Source: Sminthopsis crassicaudata
Lineage: Eukaryota
Assembly: GCF_048593235.1 (NCBI RefSeq)
Contig: NC_133620.1
Location: forward strand, 353,801,261-353,865,260
Direction: 5' to 3'
DNA: 64,000 nt
The position numbers and the translations under genes were made by a program. Shown here in pieces: positions 17,224-64,000 of this stretch. The notes beneath the pieces are model-generated. The model worked only from the letters and a program-made list of their open reading frames with translations. It made no database searches and was not told the origin of the DNA. Each line of letters starts with the position of its first letter. Position 1 is the stretch's first letter.

Positions 17224-17244
17224 GCGCTGCTGACTCAGCAGCGC
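17224..17244. promoter_or_regulatory. Perfect T-MARE (Maf recognition element) with extended palindromic flanks
   Basis: GCGC-TGCTGACTCAGCA-GCGC. The 13-bp core at 17228-17240 equals the T-MARE consensus. Confidence 0.6.
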
Positions 17245-18396
17245 TTCCCGCAGTCTCTGGGTGAAGGGTTCGGAACTCCACTGGGGCTGGAGTGCGGTAG
17301 CCTCCCTGGGAATCAGCCCCATCTCTATCCCTTTCCCTCCACGTGCAGGGGACTGAGGTCAAACTTGCAGCGGCTTCCTAAATCTAAGCTCCAGTTGGCC
17401 GTAGGAGGTCCCGGGAGGATTGACCTGCGGGACTTGAGAGGGAATACTGGGGAGGGGCTCCGCAGGGCTCCGCCCAAACCCCACCCCTCCCCGCCTCTCC
17501 TTCGTCCTCTGGAGAGCAGGCTCTGCCCTAGACAGTGAAAAAACACCCCTGGGGTCGGTCACGTGTTCCTCGGAGGTTAGCCTTTGGCGAGAGCAAGACT
17601 TAAAGGGACTTTCCCCAGAGGTCAGTCGATGACCTCCGCCAGAGATCCCTCTCTGGCTTGGACAGTGACAGAAGGTGGTCTCCTGGGATGGAAACGCTCG
17701 TCCCCCTTATCCTCTCCTTTCCAGACCTTCTATCCTTGACAGTCAGGAAGTTTTTCCTCTCTTGCAGGCTCATCCCGTTTCCTCTGGCCCTTGCACAGAA
17801 GATTGGGAAAGAGCCGCAGGAACTCCAGCCCTCCCTAACTGAGACTTAGGAGGCTGGGCACTTTTCTCTTTCTCGATTGCTTCTCTGTGAAAAGACAATG
17901 GAACCCTTTCCAGCTCGAATAGTCAACGAGGCAGTGTGTTTTAGAGACTTGAAAGCCCCTAGGTGCAAACTGCTTGCTTTCAACTTGTTTTATTTACTAT
18001 TGTTTTCTATATGAAGCAATCTGTCCTCTCTCTTGCTCGATGCAGTTTCCACTCCACCTTAACTGTTTCTCTTTGCCTCCCTTTGCCTTTCTATTCCGGG
18101 GGCAAGGGGGGGGGCGGGGCAGCAACCTGTCAGCCCAGTCATTTCCAAGTTAGTGAATGAAAATCCTAACAGATGTTGATTATCTCTAATTTTCTGGTAA
18201 TCTTGCTTGCTCTTAATCAAGTTAGTATTTGAATTTTAATCTCAAAATAAACAGAAGAAATTCTAGTCTCCCCATGCTCTCCAATGTCTTCTTCCTTTTC
18301 CCCAGTAACATCCAATATCCTGTACACACATAACCACTTTCCCATCTACCCCACCCCCTATACACCCACCCCCAGTTCCTGGAAAACAAGAGTTCT

Positions 18397-20209
18397 CTAA
18401 AAGGAGAGACTGTGGGTCTCTGTGGGAGCCGAGCATGAAGAAAGCCGGGGTCGGCGAGGACAGCGGCCTCGCGGACTGGAGCTGCGTCGGAAGCACCCAC
18501 CTCGAAGCAATCTCCGCAGATCCTGACGAAAGCGCAGCCCCAGGAAGGCGTAAAGTATAGGATTGAGTCCACAACGAGCCAGGGCCAGACCACCGGTCAC
18601 CAACAACGCCATATCCTTGCGCTTGCTGGCCGAACAACTTCGCTCTCTGGCAGTCAGCAGGTCGGTGGTATCCAACAACAACGCTAGGCTGTAGGGTAAC
18701 TGCAGGACCACAAAAGCCACCACCAAGGCCACCACTACGCGCAGTGCTCGGCGACGCTCTGGCCCTCTGGCGGCCAACAGTGTCCGGCCCAACAGGGCGT
18801 AACAGACCACCATGACTGCGAGGGGCAGCGCAAAGCCCAGGATCACTTGAGCCACGGCGCTGGCCCCCTTGACTGCCTGGGTCAGACCCTCAGGAAATAC
18901 TAGTCGGCATCGCCTTTGCCCGTCTCGCTGCCCATCTTGACCATAGAGGAGAGAGGGCAGCGCCAGGACTATGGAAAGCAGCCAGATTGCTGTGGAGACC
19001 ACGTGGGTCCTGCCAGGAGCTGGGGTCCTCTGGCCCCCTGGGGAAGCCTGTGCTATGGCCACGTATCGATCAGCACTTATGCAAGCCAAGAAGAGGAAAC
19101 CTGCATGGAAGGAGGCAGAGTAGAGGCCGGAAACAGTTCTGCAGAGAATGCTGCCCAGTGTCCATCCCTGCAGAATTCCGGCTGCTGCAAAGGGCAAAGT
19201 CAATGCCAGAAGTAGGTCCGCTAAGGCCAGTTGGAGCAAATGAGCTGAGGTTGGTGAGCGGGCTGCCCGATGGACAGTGAGGTGGGTGGCCAAGACAAGG
19301 CCATTGCCTGCCAGGCCAAAAGCGGCCACTATGAGAGAAATACTTGGTTGAAAGGCCCTGCTGAACGACTGGACATCCGTCTTATGGCATAGCTCTGGTA
19401 GAGGGACTGAAGGGTACACATCATCATTTTCCCCAGAGTAGCCTCTCCACCAGGTGACCTAGGGGAGAAAGGGAGGAGATGGGGATTGAACCAATAAGAC
19501 ATCCTCCCCCAACATAATTGCTAGCCTCTAAGAGCTGCACCTAACACATTGTAAGCTAGGGGCAGTGTTAGGATATTCTTCTCAAAACCAACCCGAATAG
19601 ACTGCCAGATGCCAGACCACAGGCTGGGCATGTATAGAAATATAAAGCTCTAGAGCCAATAGGGCTCAGTTAGCATTTGTTGATTAGGCTTCATGTTTTA
19701 TCTCCTTGATTGTGGGTCAATAATGATGGTTACCCACATCATGCTGGAGTCTGAAGGCTTGGAGGAGGTGGGTGGGGATCTCTCTCTCTCTCTCTTTTTT
19801 TTTCTCGTAGGTCTTTGGTCTTTCTGCTCCTCCCCTCCCATTCCCCACAGAGGCAGCTGTTCTGACCGCTGGCTCTTGAGCCTGGTTTATCTCCTGGGAA
19901 TCACTTGATCAAAACGTTAGGGGATTTCCAGGGTTCAGGCCTCTTCAGATACGAACTACTGTCTTAAGCATAGCTTAGTGGGACGCCTCTCACCTTCCCA
20001 TACCCCTTAATTTTAAATGGTTTAAATGTCTGAGATCAATACTGGAGTCCAAGATCAAGAGGCAGTGACAAGAAAAAAAGTATCCACAGCCCCTGCCCAG
20101 CTTAGCAACGCTGGGAGCACTAATGACCAACCTCTGATTCTCTCCATACCCCAAGCCAACCCCCATTTCCATCCCCAAGTCCCACCTGTTCCAATGTTTG
20201 AGTCTCCAT
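18397..20209 (-). CDS. CCR10: C-C chemokine receptor 10 (class A GPCR); 2 coding exons, 361 aa
   Basis: Exon 1 20209-20186 (METQTLEQ, 24 nt, donor GTGGGA). Exon 2 19458-18397 follows a pyrimidine-rich acceptor. Seven TM segments, DRY motif (ADRYVAIA), CGLNPILY, and C-terminal CSAPTETHSLSF. The short first exon is inferred from its size, phase and similarity to human MGTEATEQ. Confidence 0.95.
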
Positions 20210-20759
20210 CTCCCCGCGAAACCGGTTTTCGAGGTGGTCTGGTTGGGGGAGAAGTTAAAACTTGTGGGACAGGAAGGAAGGGGCGGAGAGTGAGGGTGAA
20301 GGCGGGGAGGCTAAAGATCAGGGGCCCTTTGGACCTGTTGTCCCCATGTCTCTCCTCTCTATCCCCATTCCCCCTGTTTTCTCCACTCCCCCCTTTCCCC
20401 TTCCTGTTTCTGACCCTGGCATCCTGTTCTTCCAAATCTTACCCCTTGCCATCCCCACCCCCATCCCACCTTTTCTCTGAGCCTCCTAACATTGTGTGTG
20501 TGTGCGCGTGTTCCCTGCCTCTATCTGGGAGATTTTGCCCCCTCCAAGTTGTTCTTCAGGAACGTGCTAGGAATTCAGCTTTTACTATTCTTTTCAGACT
20601 CTTCCAGTGTACTCTACTGTACTGTACTATACAGGGATGATGCAGCTTCCCCTATTTTCCAATTCCCTTTTGTTCTCTGGTCTTTCTGTTTCTCCTTTAT
20701 ATTACTGTCTTCAGAGATGTGCCCTCATCAGCTCTCCTAACTTCCTCTCTTATACCATT

Positions 20760-21046
20760 TCCCGCTTGTCCGTGTTGCGTGCGCGCGCGCGAGGTCCTGG
20801 GAAGCGGCGCGTGAGGTGGGAACGCGAACCGGGCGGGGGAGGCTGGGGGATGTAAGAGGAGAAGACGGGAGAAGGCTGGGAGGGGGGAGAGAGGTGAGAG
20901 TGGGCAAAAAAAAGGACAGAGATCGGGAGAGAGGGAGAAGGGGAGAAGGGGAGTAGAGGGAAGAAAAGGAGAGAAGTCTCTGGACCCTTAAAAATCGCGA
21001 GGGCACATCTGAGAGCTGGGCAGAGCCCAGGGCCCTTCTGGGCACT

Positions 21047-21050
<4 letters not shown>
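20760..21050. promoter_or_regulatory. CpG-rich CNTNAP1 promoter, head-to-head with CCR10
   Basis: The two ATGs are 838 nt apart and divergent. A (CG)n tract lies at 20776-20791. Confidence 0.55.
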
Positions 21051-36054
<15,004 letters not shown>

Positions 36055-37108
36055 ATCAGGGGAAGGGGTCTGTGGAGTAAAGCCCCTCTCCCCAGACCCC
36101 AACGTCACCCTCCCTTTGTTCTCACCCCCTCATCAAGGGCATTGGGGCTCCTTCCCTGAGCTGGCTCTGTCCACCCCGAGGACACCTCTTCCTGCCCACT
36201 TTCCCAAGCAGAGCTGCAATTGGGACCAAAGGGAGAGGCGAGCCTCACTGCCTGGAGCTTAATGCCCATCCCTTTCCTTGTCCTACCCCCCCTCCCCCAC
36301 TTACTCAGGCTCCGGGCCCAGTGCCTGCCTGGCAGGAGATGTATGGGGTGGAGACGGGCACAGGCACCTCCCACCATCTCTGCCCAAGCCCCATCTCCAG
36401 CTGCTGCAAGGGATTAACAACTGTGTGCAGGGGGAGATTATCTGCTTCCCCCCACATACCTGATCTCAGCAGGAGCAGATGTGGGGGCTGCCCAGGACAT
36501 GGGGGGAGGAGGCTGCTAAATCATTCCCCCAAGCCTCCCCTCGGTCCTGCAGAATGCCTTCCAGCATACTAGGGAGTAAGGAGGTCTCCCTCCCCTTTTT
36601 TAAATGAGTCCACAAGCTTCAGCTTAGCACCTTAGCACCCCTGCTACTTCATACTTTAGCCAAAGCCATAAGCCAAAACATGCAAGGTAGAGATATTTAG
36701 GCAGACCCTTCAATAACCTTATTCCCCTTCCACTTTCCCAAGGATGTGCAATAACTTTGGTGTCTGCTTAAAGGCCCACACTGCTCTCCAATGCATGAGG
36801 AGCACCCTTCCCTCCCACGCTCAGATGCTGCTTAATGTGCCCAGATCATGTTCTTTATATATTCTTTGTTGCAAAGTCTCTCCAAAAGATCTCTATATAT
36901 TACAGTAATTTTTTAAATTCTTGGTTTATATATAAAAACAAAAACAAACCCAGAGTCAAGTGTTCTGTCCCATGTTGCACCCTGTGGTCTGTAGTTTGCT
37001 TCTCTTATATTGGATGTCTCAAAAGTTCTTCTGGTCACTCTCCCAACCTGGACCTCTCCCGGCCATATTAAGACAGATCTTGTGTTGACAGACTCAGAGA
37101 GCTGTTCC

Positions 37109-37114
37109 AATAAA
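37109..37114 (+). terminator. CNTNAP1 polyadenylation signal
   Basis: AATAAA about 1.05 kb after the stop, followed by GT-rich sequence (gtcttcgtgtggtgg). Confidence 0.7.
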
Positions 37115-37402
37115 GAGAGTGACAGAGCTGGTCTTCGTGTGGTGGCAGATGCTCCAATTGTTGGGGAGAGGAGAGGTGTGTGAGAGCGGGGAGGGCTGAA
37201 TCCGGGGCCCCCTTGTGAGCAGGATGTCTATCCTCTGTCACAGCTACAGCGGGGGACCCCGTTCCCATACCATCTCTTGAGGACTCGGGAGGCCATTAGA
37301 CGCTGGAATCCACCAATGTGAGCTGTGGACACATTCCCCACCATTTCCCCTCAGACCAAAAAAAAAAAGCTGCTCAGCTTACTACAGAATAGTTTCCACC
37401 AC

Positions 37403-37408
37403 TTTATT
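37403..37408 (-). terminator. EZH1 polyadenylation signal, tail-to-tail with CNTNAP1
   Basis: Plus-strand TTTATT reads AATAAA on the minus strand, about 2.5 kb after the EZH1 stop and about 290 nt from the CNTNAP1 signal. Confidence 0.7.
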
Positions 37409-38877
37409 CTGATGAAGGGTCACAAGCCACAGGATTTTAAAGTGCGTGAGATTCATTGGCAACAAAGCCACACTGACATCAAGCCTCCCTACCCATTCCT
37501 GACAATAGGAAGGAAATCAAAATACAGATTGTGGGTGGCAGAGAACACTAAGGATGTAAGAAGGATTGAGTAAGATAAGAGGGATAAAACCCAGAGACTT
37601 TGAAAACCAGAGAAAGCCTGAAAGAAGTGTGGTAAAAGTTTCTCCAATCCTAGCACATAACAACCTTAGCCCACCCCTTCTTCCTGGCCACCATATGGCT
37701 GCAGAGACCCAGAAACCACCCCCCCATCGCCCCCCCAAAATCCACTCCAAAACAACAAAAAAGTTGAACTGTTCAGGCTTTCTGAACTTTTGCCAAATGT
37801 CTCTGGTTTTCCCTTCTAATCTATGAGCAATTCAGTGCCCATAGCAGTCTGTGGCGGTGGGAAAGGGAGTGTTCCCCTCATCACACAGCAGGGGTAGACT
37901 TCAGAATCACTGCTGAGGCTGGCTGGCTAAACAGCTGGCCCCTGCCAAGAGCTGGCTAGGAATGTCTGAGGAGCAGCTGGAGAAGGGGATAAGAAAAGGG
38001 GGCAGATGGCCAGCTGAACTGGCTGGGAAACTTCTTTGAGAAATCCCCATGGGAAGGATGATAGCCCTCGGCTAACATGGCCTCGAAGGAACTCCACCCC
38101 AACCTAATGTGACACACCTAAGGGTATAAGGACAGGCAGAGGATGATCAGTCCAGATCAAGAAGAAAGGCACTCACTCCCCAAAGAGACAGGGTAAAGCC
38201 TTGCACCCTTGTTCCAGACACTCCCATGGCCAGCCCGGACTTGCCTTTGTCCTTTCCACCTAAACACAGGCACTCCCCAGCTCCCTGCCAGCTCAGCAAA
38301 CCTGCCAAACACAGGGCTGCTTGGTTGGCCCCATTCTCACCACTAGACCCCTCTGTCAACACTGATACTCTTCGCTCCCCCAGGGACACTGGATGGAAAG
38401 AAAGCAATCTCCCTTTCCTCAGAAACTAGGATTGGGGTGGGATCCCAGGGACCACGGCTTAATCCTTATAGCCACCCTTCAGGTCTTCTAAAGGAAACAG
38501 ATAAAGTGCTTTGCTGGCAAGTTTCCTTAGAGAGGACCCAGCCGCCTCCGTACTGAAAAGCAGCAGAAGATCCAGTAGCCCCACATCCATGCATTGCCAG
38601 TTTATAATTAACATGTATGGTTACCTCTACACACATGCATGTTAAACCCCTCCCCACCCCCTACAAACCTACCAATACCAAACAGAAGGTGCCAGAATCA
38701 GGAAAGCAAATTATATCTGCATACTCTACCTATTCCCCTATCCCCAACCTGTATCTGGGCCTTATCCCCCTGAAGGAATACTTGACCCTGGCCCTTTTAG
38801 TGGGTCTGGGGGAAGGGGGACAGAGAGGAGAAGGAAGCTAGAACAAAGTAAGTAACCAAGACACCCCTCACACATCC

Positions 38878-38954
38878 ATACCCACCCACAGCCACACACA
38901 TACACATGCACACAGATACATACATACATACACACACACACACATGCACACACA
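38878..38954. repeat. Imperfect (CA)n/(TACA)n microsatellite in the EZH1 3' UTR
   Basis: cacacacatacacatgcacacagatacatacatacatacacacacacacacatgcacacac. Confidence 0.85.
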
Positions 38955-39875
38955 AGCCTCTGTTCACCATTTCAGCAGCATGACACCTCTAAGGGCCTGA
39001 CAGGTGGTGAAGGAGGTAGCAGGGGACCTTATATTCCTTCCTGGAAATCTGAAAATACCAGTCCATCTGCATGGACAAAACTTTCTTCAAAGGCTCCCGT
39101 CCTCAAGCCCTGGGATCTTAGCTCCTGCCTTTAGCACAGTTCTCCTTCCCCAAATAGCAAAAAGAAGTGATACAGGCCCTCTCATGTCCCGCATAATTAC
39201 TCAAGGTAGCAAGAGTTCATGCTCTTGTTGGCGACTGGACTACTGGTGAGATTTAGCAATCCTCTGACACTAGGCAATAGAGAAGAAAGTTAAAGAGGGA
39301 GTGAGAAGACTCAACCCCCTACTTAAATTCAATCTATGTTGTCAGGACATACTTTGCCATGAACTCACGTTCCAATGACTCCGGTTCCCAATCCCATTCA
39401 TTGCTACCAGCCCTTCCAGGTTCCAGGGTCACAGATGGGGCCAGGAACCTAACTACATGAAAGATCTCGATTTAGGGACCTAAGATAAGAAAGTGCATTT
39501 GCTGACTTTTTAGTCCCCATAGATACGGACTGCCCTGGGTCTGGCCCCCAGCACAGGGAGCTAACAGGAAACCAAGTTATCAGATATCAGCCCCTAACCT
39601 TTACTGTTTGCCTCTGAGCTGGGAGGACATACTCCCCCTCCTCCCTGCCTTGTCTCTCTCTTTCCTGAGAATCCAAGCCCTAAATGCTCCCTGATTTCAC
39701 TCTGAGACAAAGAACTTCTCCCCCACTGCCCATAGCTTAGGCTTCACTACAAAAGGGGTAAGAAGAGAGGGTTTCTGGGTGTAGAAGACAGTGCAGGAGT
39801 CTGATGCAGCCATGATGTGAGCACAAAAGCAGAGGCAGCGCTGCTAGAGGTACTGGAGGTTGGGGCACGGGAAGA

Positions 39876-63957
<24,082 letters not shown>

Positions 63958-64000
63958 CTGCAAGCAAACCAGATCAGGCTTATTCTACTAAGAAAGTATT

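Overview
This is mammalian genomic DNA, most likely a marsupial and probably a dasyurid, judged from the young WSINE1-type and MAR1-type SINEs. The block is syntenic with human 17q21.2. I reconstructed five spliced genes exon by exon, checking reading phase at every junction: TUBG1-like gamma-tubulin (+, 11 exons, 451 aa), PLEKHH3 (-, 13 exons, 773 aa), CCR10 (-, 2 exons, 361 aa), CNTNAP1/Caspr (+, 24 exons, 1367 aa) and the 3' 16 coding exons of EZH1 (-, runs off the right edge). Introns hold SINEs, L1 3' fragments, a decayed ERV pol relic and a 138-nt assembly gap. I found no tRNA, rRNA or CRISPR features and no unambiguous new biological system. The best leads are: a candidate poison exon in the EZH1 intron paralogous to the EZH2 poison-exon intron; a SINE copy with only AT-to-GC changes (gBGC-like) in the CNTNAP1 intragenic CpG island; a perfect extended Maf palindrome between PLEKHH3 and CCR10; a premature stop in the last PLEKHH3 exon with homology continuing past it; and a CGGAC/GGACA array in the PLEKHH3 leader. 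All comparisons with human proteins are from memory and need confirming by alignment.
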